From positions 409,386,001-409,450,000 of the forward strand of contig OZ024740.1 in assembly GCA_964016885.1 (NCBI GenBank): 64,000 nucleotides of DNA, written 5' to 3'. A program made the position numbers and the translations under genes. This DNA comes from Eledone cirrhosa (Eukaryota). Under the pieces are notes generated by a model. That model did not search any database. It was given only the letters and a program-made list of their open reading frames with translations, and was not told where the DNA came from. Below, piece by piece: positions 1 through 15,330 of this stretch. Position 1 is the stretch's first letter. The number at the start of each line of letters is the position of its first letter.

Positions 1-455
1 TCGGTAAACATAAGTTCTGTGAAATCGTAGACGAGAGAGAGAAAAAATTCATACCAGCTTGGCCAGCGTGCGAGAGAAAAGAATTACACACAGGTCAAAC
101 GGGAAGAAAGAGGAGGAGGAGAGGTAGTGACAGAGAATGAGTGAGTGAAGGGTGAGGAAGAGGCTAACAGAGAGAGAGACTGCTAGAAAGGGTAAAGATA
201 CATAGAACGAAAAATGCCTATGATGGTTGGAAGATCACTGATGAAGGACAAACTGTTTTCATATGTAACCCATTTGCAACTCTGCAGCGCCCTTATTATC
301 ATATTTACACATATTTTTTCCTCTGCTGCTACTCGTCTTTTTCGTTCTATGTATCTTTACCCTCATATGCAAATGAGATTAATCACCTCATTTATACAGA
401 CGAGAAAACTATATATTCTCGACTGTTTTCTAGTCCAGCAGTTGCAGGTGTGGGA

Positions 456-508
456 GGGACCGTCCTGATGAAGACCAGTCAAGTCTGAAATGCATAGACG
501 GGTGTCCC
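456..508 (+). ncRNA. Type I hammerhead ribozyme motif with minimal palindromic stem III
   Basis: gggaccgtc-CTGATGA(465-471)-agac/cagtcaa/gtct-GAAA-tgca-TA-gacgggtgtccc; stem I can extend via gtccagcag/ctgctggac. Confidence 0.85.
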
Positions 509-526
509 CCTTGCTTCTGCTGGACA

Positions 527-542
527 CCACCAGAGGGCGCTA
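527..542 (+). promoter_or_regulatory. CTCF-like binding motif
   Basis: CCACCAGAGGGCGCTA closely matches the bilaterian CTCF core consensus; motif match only. Confidence 0.45.
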
Positions 543-607
543 GCCCCGGTGTTTGCATAGCTACGGCTTCCTAAACACCGTGTTTCTTTAGAAATACGGA
601 ATCTCAA

Positions 608-672
<65 letters not shown>

Positions 673-684
673 AAGTGTGGGTTT

Positions 685-910
685 ATCTAATAATAATACT
701 CGATTCGTTTACAAGCAAACGACCTTATTATGCTATGCTGTGTTTTGATGACTACCGTCATCCGTTTGTTCAACAGTAGCATCGAGGAACAACCAACATG
801 TTTCTGGGTTATTTCCCTTCATCAGAACTGTTTACCACTCAACTACTCGTTTGAACTGTTGAAAATATACATCTTTTTCTAAAGTATACACCACTCGGTA
901 TGCAAATGAA
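685..910 (-). mobile_element. Diverged single monomer of the HHR tandem-repeat (retrozyme-like) superfamily; HHR at 788-832
   Basis: Minus strand aacagtt-CTGATGA-agggaaataaccca-GAAA-catg-TT-ggttgtt; flanks (cgtttgttcaaca..ggaac, ttgaac) resemble the 35 kb and 56 kb monomers; ATGCAAAT at 900-907. Confidence 0.65.
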
Positions 911-1142
911 GCTATAAAAAAACAAAGAACTCAGATACATACACACACATACACACACCAGTGTGCACACACCAACAATATAAGACTCTAAGACACACAC
1001 TCACACAGACTGAAGCAACGCTCACCTACCAATTTCATCCCTTCGCCATACACATAACCGCACCCATGACACTACCCCAAAATGCCGGACCTCTAACCTA
1101 CCACTCCAACCTATCAATCTCCCCCTAACACCCTTTCCTAAC

Positions 1143-1178
1143 TTTTCTGATGAAGGGGTTCCGTCTGAAACATAGAAC
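1143..1178 (+). ncRNA. Degenerate minimal hammerhead motif, probably a PLE pLTR remnant
   Basis: CTGATGA-aggggttccgtct-GAAA-cata-gaa; context resembles the better preserved copy at 45243. Confidence 0.5.
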
Positions 1179-1259
1179 CCTCCTCCATTTCTTCCAAGAG
1201 TGAACCTAATATGACTTTGTATTTTTGTATCCTTATGTTTGCTTTGTTTCTTTTATCGA

Positions 1260-2320
<1,061 letters not shown>

Positions 2321-2514
2321 CTTACATACACTACACCCCTCACTCATCCTACCCTCCATCCCACTACACTTACACTACTCTATACTATACTATTATATAT
2401 ATATAACTATATATATATATACTTACTATATATACAATATACTACTACTCCACTACACTATCCACTACATCCACTACACTCACTACACTCACTACTCACT
2501 CTACTATCACATAT

Positions 2515-2915
2515 ACATGGTGGCTGCCAACTCGTTTTCGAGTCCGGCCACTACCTTTATATCCATGTAGGAGCACCCCTACCGATGCGCTGAACAAGTG
2601 TGACTTTTTAGTCCAGCCAGCGACTTGAAAACTCTGGTACAAACACTACACTTGTGACAATTATTGACACATAGTGCTGGGCCCATGGTACCATGTGACG
2701 ACAAGTGCAGAGAGATCTCCAAATATAAAGCAATGCCTGTGCCGTGAAGCTTTTATAGTGAGCAATGCCAGTCCCACACTCTTAACCAAGATGATATTTA
2801 CTAAGAAGAAGAACAAGTCAACATCATTGGATACCATCAGGGTTGCAGGTGTTATATCAGAGTTTTCCTTCTCCTAGAATTCTGCCTTGATAAAGGCTAA
2901 GGGGTCATCTCTCCC
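2515..2915 (-). mobile_element. Non-autonomous RTE-related retroelement with (TATG)n tail; other copies at 7210-7530 and 7552-7955
   Basis: Three near-identical copies in the window; minus-strand ctaggagaaggaaaactctga resembles RTE 5' UTRs; abuts (TACA)n. Confidence 0.55.
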
Positions 2916-3001
2916 AGAGAGATGCATACATATATATGCATACATACATACATATATATGCATACATACATACATATATATGCATACATATATATGCATA
3001 C

Positions 3002-3048
<47 letters not shown>

Positions 3049-3679
3049 AGTTAATATAAATTAATATATGATAAACACTAATACAATCATATAAGTGTTT
3101 GTATTGCAAATGACCAAGTTAGCTAGATTGAAAAATATTAATTAGATTAATACAGTTTGCCTGTCTCGATTTAAAATAATAAATCAATAAAAACAAACCC
3201 ATATTGGCAATAGCCGTGATACCTGGACAAATTTAAATTTCAAAACCCAAACTTGTTCCGTAGACAAATTTAAATTTTAAAACCCAAATAAGTTTCGCAA
3301 CGATAAGTGAAAAAGTGAAAAATTCCATTTTCTGTGCTCTTCGGCAGGTATCCAGAAAAATTGGTATGTTTCACCTCGAAATACTTAGGAGGACTGATAG
3401 GCAAGTGTTAACGCACATGATTGTTCAGCTCCTAGCTATCCCCATACTCGTGCTGCTAGAAATAACAGCCGTTTTTATGGGACTAAAATTTAGCTCAACA
3501 AAAGGAGCCGTTAATACTATATATAGAGTTATAAACTCAAACAGTCTTTTACAATTAAATAGCTCAAAGAAAGAAGTATTTCTGAGCCGTGAAATACAAG
3601 TTAATATAAATTAATATATATATTAATAATAATAATTAATAATATATAATAATATAAATTAATATATATATATATATAT

Positions 3680-5670
3680 ATGGTAAATTTCTTTAAGTCG
3701 ATTGGAAGCCTCGACAATGCAGATGGGTAAATCTCCGGGTAACAAGATCCGGTGGTGGAGAGAGAGATAAAAGTGGGTGTACGTTTGAGATGCGTGGCGT
3801 GTATAAGACACCTCGGTCCCGGCACCTCGGTCCCGGTACTCCCGGCCGTCAATATACTGATGGAACGCGTCCAATCTACCGACCTACACTACTTCGGGCT
3901 CACCACCACTGACATCCACCAACTCCTATCCATCGTCGTCGACAACACCTTCGGATTCCTTGACCAAACATACCAACAAACCTCGGGACTGCCCATGGGA
4001 TCAAGCCTGTCGGGTGTGCTAGCGATCTCTTACATGGACAGCCTCGAGCGCAAGGCACTCAACGCCTGCCACCCCAACGCCGTCGCCTTTTTCTCAAGGT
4101 ACGTGGACGATATCCTCATCCTCACATCTTCCCAAGACAGGGCGAACAGAATCTATGAGACGTTCAACAACACGGACGAGAATATTGACTTCAGTATTGA
4201 ACACCCCAACGACGACAGGTCACTTGCCCTCCTCGACTTCCGAATCAACATCACGGAACAGGGAGGGATCCACTGCAACTTCTACCGAAAGGCAGCCTGC
4301 AGGGACCTGTTCGTCCACTACAAGTCCGCCCTCCCTAACAGTGCCAAAAGAGGATACATCACGAACGAGATCGCGCGAATCAAAAACAGATGCAGCGATC
4401 CCGCGAGTGGTGTCACTCATACCAAGCGATTCCTCGAGGTGAAGGAGACGAACGGGTACCTTACCTCGCTCACAGACAGAGTAGGAGACACCAGACACAA
4501 GAGACAGAGAGAGACCCAAGGCAAGTGCTTCCTTAAAATGCCACACCTGGGCGAGAATACCTCCAACGCTATCCGCAAGGCTATACGGAGGGAGGGCCTC
4601 GACATCCACCTGGCCCATTCGGGCCCCTCCCTGCGAAGATGCCTCTCCAGGAAACCCGGGAAATCAACTGACGCGTGCTCCCTCAGAGACTGCCCGATGC
4701 GCCATGCGAACTGTTGCCTACGCACATACGTCGTGTATAAGATAGAATGTAACAAGTGCAACCAATACTATATAGGTAGCACAATCCGGCCGTTGCACAT
4801 CCGGATCAAGGAACACACTAAAACCAGGGCCTCGTCTTTCCGGAAACACATAGCCAAATGCGGAAACAAAGACGGAAGGCCCATTGTCACAATTCTAGCG
4901 ACAGAAAGAAACGTCGGACGTTGCGTATCAAGGAAGCACTTTGGATCAAACGCCTAGGGCCACAACTAAACAACCGATCCGAGAGAAGAGAAATGAGGTG
5001 GTTGGTTTAAGTTAACAAACGATGCAGCAACACATGCACACACACACACAAGCGAGACAGCAACACACGCACACAGACACACACACACACTAGCATTCCA
5101 CCATACGAACATACTACACTGCCAATACAGAGGAACAAGGCAACAACACACGCACACACACACTCAAGCGAGACAACAACACACGCACACACACAGTAAC
5201 ATTCACCAAACAGGCAGAGAATGGACTGACAGCTAGCGCCACCTCCCTCCCACAATTGAAAGAACTACTTCGGCCGCTGACCTCTGCCTGACCGACCCCA
5301 TTTCACGCGCACGCGCGCTCTGCTGAATACCTCAGATATTCTAAACAAAGAACAGCGGAGGACACGTTTCGCACCTTTCCGACAGACAACCCCCCCCCCC
5401 CCCCCGGAAAAAATCCCAGTTGATGGATGTGAATCCGAAATATATAGGGACAATTAAATCTCTCCCAAGGTAACTCTTTCTAGTGTTGTTATTTTTATTT
5501 TTATCCTTTTCGATCTTTCCTTCATTCCTCTATACGTTACAGTCTTATACATGCCAGCATCACAACGTACACTTACTTACATCTCTCTCTCCACCACCGG
5601 ATCTTGTTACCCGGAGATTTACCCATCTGCATTGTCGAGGCTCCCAAACGACTTAAAAGAAATTTACCTT
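3680..5670 (+). mobile_element. 5'-truncated Penelope-like element with inverted partial pLTR at its 5' end
   Basis: RT+GIY-YIG ORF; 3681-3795 is the reverse complement of about 5557-5669; degenerate HHR-like motif at 5414-5450 (ggatgtgaatcc-GAAA-tata-TA-ggga). Confidence 0.9.
3752..4957 (+). pseudogene. PLE reverse transcriptase (C-terminal half) + GIY-YIG endonuclease
   Basis: QTSGLPMGS, RYVDDI, LALLD RT motifs; VVYKIECNKCNQYYIGST..RIKEH GIY-YIG; C-terminal frameshift. Confidence 0.9.
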
Positions 5671-5710
5671 ATTATTCCACAATGTTTCAAGCAAACTTCA
5701 ATACTCTCTT

Positions 5711-5749
<39 letters not shown>

Positions 5750-5756
<7 letters not shown>

Positions 5757-7208
5757 TAAAATAACAGATTAAAGTTTAAGCAAAGAATCGCTGCTTTCAC
5801 CCTTAACGGGATCTTCTGAAACTAACAAAGTCAATCTGTAAACGCAGAACTGGATATTTCAAAAAACGTTGCAACCGGAGGAAGACAGGAAGACGATACT
5901 TTGGTTCATGGTGACGTTCGCTGGCAAAGAACGGGAAAAAACGAATAATACGTCATTAATAGGAGCGGTGAAAAACAATTACGCGCAAAGACAGAACCAC
6001 GTTTATGGTATAAAAGAGTTCGTAGACTAATGTTCTCTAAGTGGTGCATAGAGACGTTCTCTGGCAATGAACGAAAAAACGAAGATAATAAGTCATATGT
6101 GGAGCCTGGAGAACACTAGCACGCAAAGACAAAACCACGTAAATGGTATAGCAGAAGTTGTAGACTAAAATTCTAACTAGGAGACCGAATGAATCTCCGC
6201 TACAGAGTTAAGAACAAAGTAAATAAATACAATACAGAAGTAATAGAAACAAATAAATACATACACGCAAACAGATACGTACATACACAAGCATACGCAA
6301 AACCTTACCATAGGTATACAAAACCACGCACATATAAATATGTGTATGTGTGTATGCTTGTGTACAAATAAATAAATAATTATATAAACGTATATAAGTA
6401 AATAAATACGTATATAACAAGCGCACGCACACTAAAACAAGAAGTACACATATACACACACCCACCATACGTACGAACCTGCATACTCACGCAGACGCAA
6501 AACTCTCATATACACATAACCAAACCCTAAATACCAGAATATGTAAAAATTATACGCCATAACAGTCAAATATACGTACGAGAAGGTATACATATCTTCA
6601 CAAAACATACGGGTAATATATACTTACCTATGCAAATAAGTAAAGGAATAAACAAAACATATACTTATCTCCCACATCAAGACGTAAAATATCCACGTAT
6701 AGATCGTGCTATCCGTTAGGGTATAACGTGGGGCTGTAATACAGGAAAGTTTTGTGCAATTTATGTTTACAAGCCGAAATTGCCTCAGATTTTTTGTTTA
6801 AGATGTGGTCTGTGGCGTAGAGTATTTCCAGGGCCTCAGCGGCGCAGAGGTCACAAGGTCTTTTATTTCCGTTATACGATCTAGCCCTAGCTAGGATCTC
6901 CCAGTGTAACTTATATTGGGTGTGGTTGTCTTTTAGACTCCAGATATAAGCTGAAAGTGACGTCATATTCCTTCTTAGAGGGTAACGAAAAGAATGGTTA
7001 TGCATGTAAAGACGCTGCTTGAATCTATTGGCAGTTAACCCTATGTAGGCCCTACGGGACGTGGGTGTTTCAACCTTACATTTGTAGACAATGTTACTAG
7101 AGAGGCATTTCCCGGATAGGGGGCAATCAACCCGATTCCTACAATTACAGTTAGTACTAACTACAGGGTTGCACGTGTTCCTACGGCTAGGTAGTTTAGC
7201 TAAATTAT
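5750..7208 (-). mobile_element. Naiad-type PLE 3' fragment (GIY-YIG + about 950 bp pLTR); same family as 31097-34730
   Basis: CNCRNRVDCPLSGKC..IVYKC..YIGLT..CDLC; near-identical to 31097-32790. Confidence 0.85.
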
Positions 7209-7952
7209 AGCGAGCAAAGGCACTGCACAAAGCCAGTCCCACTCTCTTAACCAAGATGATATTTACCAAAAAGAAGAACAAGTCAACATCATTGGATACC
7301 ATCAGGGTTGCAGGTGTTATATCAGAGTTTTCCTTCTCCTAGAATTCTGCCTTGACAAAGGATAAGGAGTCATCTCTCCCGGTGATTTTGGATTGTCATT
7401 GACTCTTAAGAGCTCCTTTGCCCTTTGACAGGTTTTGTTTTTAGTCCTGCAGGATGTCCAAAGTCACCCTCCTCACCAAGAAACCTTGGTGGGTTGCCAG
7501 TTTAGTCGCCAACGACCCGACCATGAGACATACATACATACATACATACATACATGGTGGCTGCCAACTCGTTTTCGAGTACGGCCACTACTTTATATCC
7601 ATGTAGGAGAACCCCCACCGATGCGCTGAACAAGTGTGACTCCCCAGTCCAGCCAGCGACTTGAAAACTCTGGCAAAAACACTACACTTGTGACAATTAT
7701 TGACACAGTGCTGGGCCCATGGTACCATGTGACGACAAGTGCAGAGAGATCTCCAGATATAAAGCAATGCCTGTGCCGTGAAGCTTTTATAGTGAGCAAA
7801 GGCACTGCACAAAGCCAGTCCCACTCTCTTAACCAAGATGATATTTACCAAAAAGAAGAACAAGTCAACATCATTGGATACCATCAGGGTTGCAGGTGTT
7901 ATATCAGAGTTTTCCTTCTCCTAGAATTCTGCCTTGACAAAGGCTAAGGGGT

Positions 7953-8018
<66 letters not shown>

Positions 8019-8061
8019 TGCATATATAATACACACACACAGACACACACACACAGAGTGA

Positions 8062-8210
8062 AGGCGTGTGGCTGAGTGGTTAGAGAATTGGATTCACAAT
8101 CGTGAGGTTGTGAGTTCAGTTCCTGAACCAGGCGGTGCGTTATGTCCTTGAGGAAGACATTTTATTTCACGTTGCTCCTTCTACCTGGAGTTGCGACCGA
8201 TAGATAGTAT
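8062..8210 (+). mobile_element. tRNA-derived SINE with CORE-like segment; second copy at 44288-44430
   Basis: A box tggctgagtggttag, B-box-like gagttcagttcc, then gtccttg(a/g)g(g/c)aagaca. Confidence 0.7.
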
Positions 8211-8699
8211 TAGAAATTGGAACGACCAACGGAAACGTTGTTTCCTCGGTCCGATTTGACGAAAGTTGATCGACTGTCGACAAAGAGAGGGAGAGAGAGA
8301 GAGAGAGATTCTAAATCTCAAATTCTTAATGTTTTTAAAGTCAAACGGAGATATTCTTAGTGTTCCTTCTTTGTTTCGAGCACTCGGAACTAAGAACCGT
8401 TGTTTGGGTTGTGTTGTCATGGAGATTAATAAGCTAAAACTTATTGTTCTCTATGGTAACGTACCAAAGTAACTCCTAGGTGAACCTCTCTCGAGTGACC
8501 TTCGTAATGAACCTCAATACTGACGGTACGCTTCTATACCACATAGTGATGTATGTCGACCAACTCCAAAATTACCGTTGATGAAATATTCCTCCACCGC
8601 TTCCAGGTGCTCCAAATACTGCTTGCTGACCAATATTTCACCCCTCGTCTAGGTCTGGTTGCTCAGCCAAGACTGTATAGGGGTTTGGCCAGAAACTCC

Positions 8700-9419
8700 G
8701 TACCTTTTCTTCAGACACCTAATCAAAAAGCTGGTCACATCACGGGAAAATCTGACATTGTTTGAAGCAGATCCACCTGGTTTCCTTAAACGTTTCCTAA
8801 CCCAGGATGAGTTTGGGGTTCATTACTTTGAGCCGGAGACAATCCATGCAATAGAAACACCCCTCTTCACCTGCTCCAAAGAAGGCCAAGGTCGTTTCAT
8901 CTGCAGGGAAGGTGATGGCCTCAGTTTGGGGGATGCAAAAGGCATTCTGGTTATTGACTATCTGCAAAAGGGCGACACCATCAATGGAGAGTACTATGCC
9001 AACTTGCTCAGACAGTTCCGAAAGATTATCAAGACCAAACGCCCTGGAAAACTGACGAAAGGTGTATTTAATCAATGCTTCAGCACACACGTCTTTGGTT
9101 TCAATGGCTGCTTTGCGTGACTGTGGCTTTGAACTAGTTGGTCCCTCCTCATGCTCATGATTTGGCCCCATCTGACTATCATCTCTTCCCCAACATGAAA
9201 ACACACTTGGCTGAGAACCAGATTTGCAGTGATGATGACGTCATATCTGCTGTTTATGACTTTTTTAACCAACAAGCTGAAAGCTTCTTCACCAATGGGA
9301 TAGTGCAACACCGATGGAAGAAGTGTGTGGACCGCAAGGGTTGAAAGATAAACCTAATTTGGTCACACTCCATGAGAGTATCTTGGTCAACTTCTGAACT
9401 TTTCAGCCGACCCTCGTAA
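8700..9419 (+). mobile_element. Mariner transposon relic (3' part)
   Basis: TQDE..HYFEP, DAKGILVIDYLQKGDTINGEYY, DLAPSDYHLF motifs with frameshifts; TIR-like end aacttttcagccgaccctcgta. Confidence 0.9.
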
Positions 9420-10499
9420 TTGTACGAAGCAATTACATTATTTAGGGTTGACCCTTAAGACCCTTCAAATCTCACCGGCACAAACATTCGGTTAACTGAG
9501 TTAGTTTGGGGAATGTAATTTCTGTTTAAGTGGTTTCACTCACCTAGGCCGGTTGTTGTGTTGGGAAAAGCCTGGGTGTATTTTGTTCCCATTTCTCTGT
9601 TTTCCAAAACAGAATGAGTATGGATTACCTCGAATTTATTGATAGTTTTGGAGGTCAAAGATCTTACCTTAACTGGTAGTTAAAATTGTCAGATTAGGTT
9701 CATTTAGGTAATTGGAATCATATATTTTTTAAAACGTAGCAATCATCCGTAAATATTTACCGTTATAGTAGGTATGGTGTTGTTACGTATTGTTTTAACA
9801 ATTCCATTCGTACTTTATTGTATGCAAAAGTTACACCCAGCTTAGAATGTCGCATAGCTATAATGATAGTCATAATTGGTTTAGCCGACCAGTTTTACAT
9901 TGTGTTTGTATTCTACTACTCTTATTTATATAATTAAGTACGCTAGCCTGAAGCGTTTTTTTACTTTCTGCCTTTTTTATATCTGATATGGCAAATACTA
10001 ACTAACATGACACCGAAATCAGTTCAGCTTAGCTTGGTATTTCAACATACAACAGTCATAGCATTTGTATTAGCATTATTATTAGTAATTTACAGAAATA
10101 CAAAAGCAAAAAGAAAAAGAATTAGCTAGTATTTGTTAAAACCTAAACCATGAAAAGAATGTTGGGTGTAGCTTTAACTATTCAAATATACTAAGTTGGT
10201 TTTTGATCTCTCACGTTAGAGAGTCGAGCAACATGTCTAATGGTATTTGTCCTGGTTCTTAACGTTCTGAGTTAAAATCTTTCCCCGGTTAACTTCATTT
10301 TTCATCTTTCTGAAATCGATAAAATATAATATAGGAGTCAATGTAACCGATTTGCCATACGCAAATTGTTGGCTTTTATCCTTACGGGGTCAATAAAATA
10401 AGATACCAGTAATACACTGGGATAATTGCTGGCTTTGTGTCCAAAGTAGAAACAATTATTATTTTTTTGCACTCAGCATTTCATTGTTAGTCTTTCGAT

Positions 10500-11200
10500 A
10501 TTGGATTTCTGGATAGCAAGTTGCATCTCGCAGCCATAGCTACTCGGGACCTTATTGTTCTTGCTGGGCTAATCAAACAAACTTTCTGTAGAGTCAAGAA
10601 GTTGACATTTATATCCATCATCTCCAGCCAACCAGATAAACTTGTTGACACTGTCCGTAAGGCTCCAATTACGATTGGGATGATAGCAACTTTTCGGGAA
10701 TTAGTATTTAAGTATTGGTATTATTTTTATTTTCTTGCGTTCTTTGTCAATCATTCTTAAATAAAGCAAGCAACACCGATTAACCAATACAATCTTTATT
10801 CTTTATTGAGTATGACAATATTTGGGCGTGAACGTTCCATTTGTCTACTCGTTTGAATTTTCATATTCCAGGAGTCGTATTTCTATTGCGTGGTTTCCTT
10901 ACATTCCCGACTGCAGCTCTATATGTCCTAGGTATGTGCAGTGTTTTATAATGATATTTTTTCTCTTGTAATATCTGTACAGTGACTTGTAGTGCTATAA
11001 GCTGTATGTTGTGTATATTTGTTAAGTACTGGGGTTTGGGTCGTATTTTCATGTTATATTATTATTATTTTCAATGGGTTGGGAGGACTCTTCAATTGTG
11101 CCAAAGACATGACAACCTTTCCACTATAAATGAACCCAGTACGCTCTGTTTTGTTCATATTAGCTCGCCATTATTTTGTCCTAGGTATTTCGTAGTCCTA
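10500..11200 (-). mobile_element. Decayed R4/Dong-like LINE, restriction-like endonuclease C-terminus
   Basis: Minus strand translates KVAIIPIVIGALRTV and RPNIVILNK..LIGVAC-like motifs. Confidence 0.55.
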
Positions 11201-11379
11201 CAGTGAATATTTCATAGTTTTCCAGTTACATAAAGTATCTACATTACTGTATTTTTCGTATCGGATTTGGGGTCATGTATTCTTGGGCCTTGGGTCCAAA
11301 TATTTAAACTTTTTTAAAAATATTTTTCTGTAAAAAAAATATGGACGGAGTACCCCCCCCCCCCCCCCAACATTAAGCC

Positions 11380-14300
11380 AATTGTCACGTGACAGCGGCT
11401 CAAACGTTGAGCAAAGTGACAACGTCACCTCCACCACCACTATGACGAAAACTAACACCACTTTAGGCCGTATTGACAACAACCACATCAGCAGCACCAA
11501 CAACAAAAACAAAACAAACCAGAACAACGAAATTAATGACAACAACAACTGCAACAACAACAGCAACAAAAACAACACCAAGAACCCTGAAAACAACAAT
11601 GACAACAACAATGTCAACAACAACAACGCCACCACCACCAACGACGACAACACCAGGAACAACGTGAACAACAAGACTACTTTTGCAAACACAGCTGCAA
11701 AAGTTCAAACCTATTGTAACTTTAATCTGACTCAAAAGAATGAACGTTTGACCCAGGCAGAAAACTCATTACCAGAGAAAAAAACTGGGCCAACTTAAAC
11801 GTCCCCTCAGAAGTGATGACAGCGACGGAGGGGAACATTTTAAATATAAATTTATTTCGGTGCAATTTTGCAAATCCGTGATAACCTCCCAAGGACAAGT
11901 AGGGGCTGCATTGAAGTGCATCATTAACAACATAGAGCGTATAGCAAGGGCTAAACAACTTGAGTGCATCTCGATGCACTTCAAAACTGAGTCCCATGCT
12001 ATCAAGCATTCCTTAGTTCCCTGCAAGACGGACCAAATAGTGATGTACCAGTCTTACACGTGGAGGAGGATAGTAAGGCTCTTGTGGCCAATATAGAAAG
12101 AATTATTATTATTACTAATATCATTATTTTTTTGTTGTTCGTTCTTTTATCGATACGTGTTGCAGATCGCCCTCGTAAGTTTGTTGTCATTCTATTGTTA
12201 TCCAACGTGTTTTGTCGAACATTTAATATTGTTTTGGCACTAAACTAACCGTTGTCTTCCTGAGCTGGTGAGTTCTCTCCACCTGTAGCCCTTAGGGCTA
12301 AATCTGTGTTTGTTTTCCTATTTTACCTCAATTTCTTTTTTCAGAATAAGATGGTGGACGACAATATTTCACCCGCGGAATTCAACACCAGGCTGTCTAT
12401 AAGGTAGAACAGCTGGCTATCTACCAACGTCACCACTGCCACCACCACCACTATAGACACCACCAACAGCAGCAACAAAATCAAGGACAACAGCAGCAGC
12501 AGTAACTATAGTAACAGTACTAACAACAACAGTAACAGTGACGACGACAATAACAACTACAACAACAACAACAACAACCAAAATCAAAATTCATGTGCAG
12601 TAGGTGGTATGAACTTGATTTCCCGCTACTGCCAACGTCTGCCAGTGTGAACGTGCAGTCACCACCGCCATAACAGTAAATACAACCAAAACCAATAGCA
12701 GAACCACCACCATCGGCGTCCCCACCAGCAACACCCCACAACAACAAGAAAATTGATATAAATAATAGCAACGCCATAAACAACAAAAAGAACACTGGCG
12801 ACAATATGAACACCACCAACAACAACAACGACATCAGGGATAAAACAACTGCAACATCAACAAACCAATGAAAAAAAATAATAACACAACCAACAACACA
12901 ACAAAACCTTTCCCGAACATCGCAAATACAAATAAAAATGAAATGTTTCCATTTACACTGGAAAGCAAAGACTCGGTATTGGCTAAAGCCAAAAAGATGA
13001 TAAAATTTGTTGGATGGAAGGCAGCAGTATTGGTGCCATCCGAAATAGTGGCAGAAGGAGCAAAAACAAAACGGTCTTTTACTAAACTGTCTCCCTATGG
13101 ATCCGCCGAGCCGAACCTGCCACAGTTACTCAAGTAGAAAAGACACTAAAAGATGTAATGGCAGATGTGGCCTACAAACAAAGAGCAAGACAGTTCGTGA
13201 AAAGCGAGGACCTCGCACGCGAACTTTCGTTTGTCCCTCGTTAGAGAGCAGAGTTCGTCCTTTATCCAATGTACCTCTCAAGGAGAACTATCAGGCTGAG
13301 AGTACCGGGTGTTCCGCCGGGCCTAAACATCTAGTGGATCTTGGTCTGCGTCGTCCGGATACATTCCTACAGGTTAAACGCAGCGAAAGAAAGATTGGTG
13401 TGGGTTAAATCTAGAGATTATACTTAAGGTGAAGCCAGATCAAAAAGAAAAAAATCCCGGACCTAATACAGCTGCCTAACGGAGGAGACCTCCGAATAAA
13501 TATCGAAGGGAAAAAGCCAAAATACCATCTGTGTGGATTCACAAACCAACTTAGAGCTTTCAGCCCACAAAAAATAGGGAACCAGAGGTCTTTGCTACTA
13601 CCAACACTTCGGTATCACAAAGCAACAACAACGACAGAATGTTACACCTGCAACAGCATCATTAACAACAACTATTACCCTAGCAGCTGTAACCCCAACA
13701 AGACCAGCAGCTGCAACAATAACAACGAACGTAGCTGAGACAACTACAGCACCACCAGCAAAAATAGAAGCAACACCACTACAACCAAAACAACAATGCC
13801 TGTGGAATATATACCACATCATACAGATTGACATCGATTGTGACGAGGGTAAGGAATGACAAGCCATCTGCTAAAAAAGCACAAAAAAACGTCGTGTTCG
13901 GTCACAAAAAGTAGGGCGAAAATGGGAAAAAAGCCAAAGCGGGGAGGCAAAAAGGTCAACACCTATAGAAACATCAACATCATCCTCGCCTACACCACCA
14001 CCACCACCACCACCACCACCACCACCACAATCAGCATCGCAACAAATACTACAGGCACCAGCATCTCCAACATCTCCAATCAACACATCACCCGCAACAA
14101 TAACGAACTCAAACCCAGCAAGAGGGCACAAACTTCACATATTACACAGCAATAAACATAAACAAGAAACTAATTCCCCACAGCATCAATATCGCAGAAA
14201 AAAACTACATTATCTCCCTAAAATCGCACTGCCCGCACCCATGAAATTAGTCACAATAGACCATCTTCCTGGATCCAGAAGGTACGTTGATGATGCTGGA

Positions 14301-15330
14301 CGTGACCAGCAGTGAAGGCTATGCTTTCAGGCTAATAGTTGTCTATATCTCGGCAAGGGCGGGACAGCCAGATTTCTACAAGCAGCTCGAGTCCTTTCTC
14401 GGAATGTCTCGCTCTGTAGTGTTAGTAGGCGACTGGCGGTATCTTAGATGCTCGCTAGGACTGTGAGGGGATAACAGATAGGGGAGGAGAGTATAAAAGT
14501 CTCGCAAACCTGCTCAAACAGGTACTGACTGGATTTCCCGAACGTGTCAATATAGACATAGACAAACTACATCGGTTCATCCAGATCGTATCTAGCTAGG
14601 GTCAACAAAATCAACTAGCCACTCCTTTCCGGGAAACGTTCGGTTCAGGGCCCATGGATAACTTCTAGAAATCCTTGACCTGGCAGTGCTACCGAGGGAC
14701 ATTGCCATTTCAAAATAAACTCTACAGGCATGCAAGTGACGTCAGCTGGGCATATCCGAGTTGCACACACGGCGACGTAACCGTCCTGCACACACTCGTC
14801 ACGTGTCCAAGCATTGCGGACTTGTGGGTTTATGTCGAACACCTACTGTCACACGTAGGACGGATCCGGATATCAGCTGAATCCATCGTGGACATTGCCC
14901 CGCCTCCTTCCTTTAGTCGATAATGACAGGCAGTTTTTTATATGTCCGGTAGCCATGGCTACCGGACATTAGACAAGTACTTTCCTTTTCGGTGAAGCCC
15001 TGATTAACTTGAAGAGGAAAATCTTGGTGGAAAGTGTTACCTTCCAAGTAGTTTATGTTTATTGAAAGGTAGGTGAGAGAGGCGAGCCTTGCCTGAGTGA
15101 ATACCTCCCCCCCCCCTGTCTGTAGATTGAAGGAGATTAACTAGGAAGGGTCACTTGCCCTAGCGGTCCCTCGGAAATCTCCCCCTATTGAGGAATTTGT
15201 TTTTGTTTCAATTTTTAACATGTTGCATTGTTTTCGTTATAAATCTTTACATACAAAACCCACACTGCATCGCCTTGTACCGTCCTGCATGTTTTCTTGA
15301 TATGAACCCTCGGTTGCTACTAAAGAAATC
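11380..15330 (+). mobile_element. Two decayed, internally deleted Tx1/L1-type LINE relics
   Basis: (CAA)-rich ORF1-like starts at 11380 and 12350; endonuclease piece 14265-14600 similar to 19130-19480; zinc-finger/C-terminal piece 14630-15060 (LVTCPSIADLWVYVEHLL) similar to 21770-22260. Confidence 0.7.

Noticed and set aside
7380-7530. HDV-like ribozyme in the RTE-type 5' region
   Set aside because: Only a gactaa-like fragment is visible at the truncated end; I could not build the nested double pseudoknot by eye
8062-8135. tRNA gene
   Set aside because: A and B boxes are present, but there is no intact cloverleaf and the sequence continues into a SINE body
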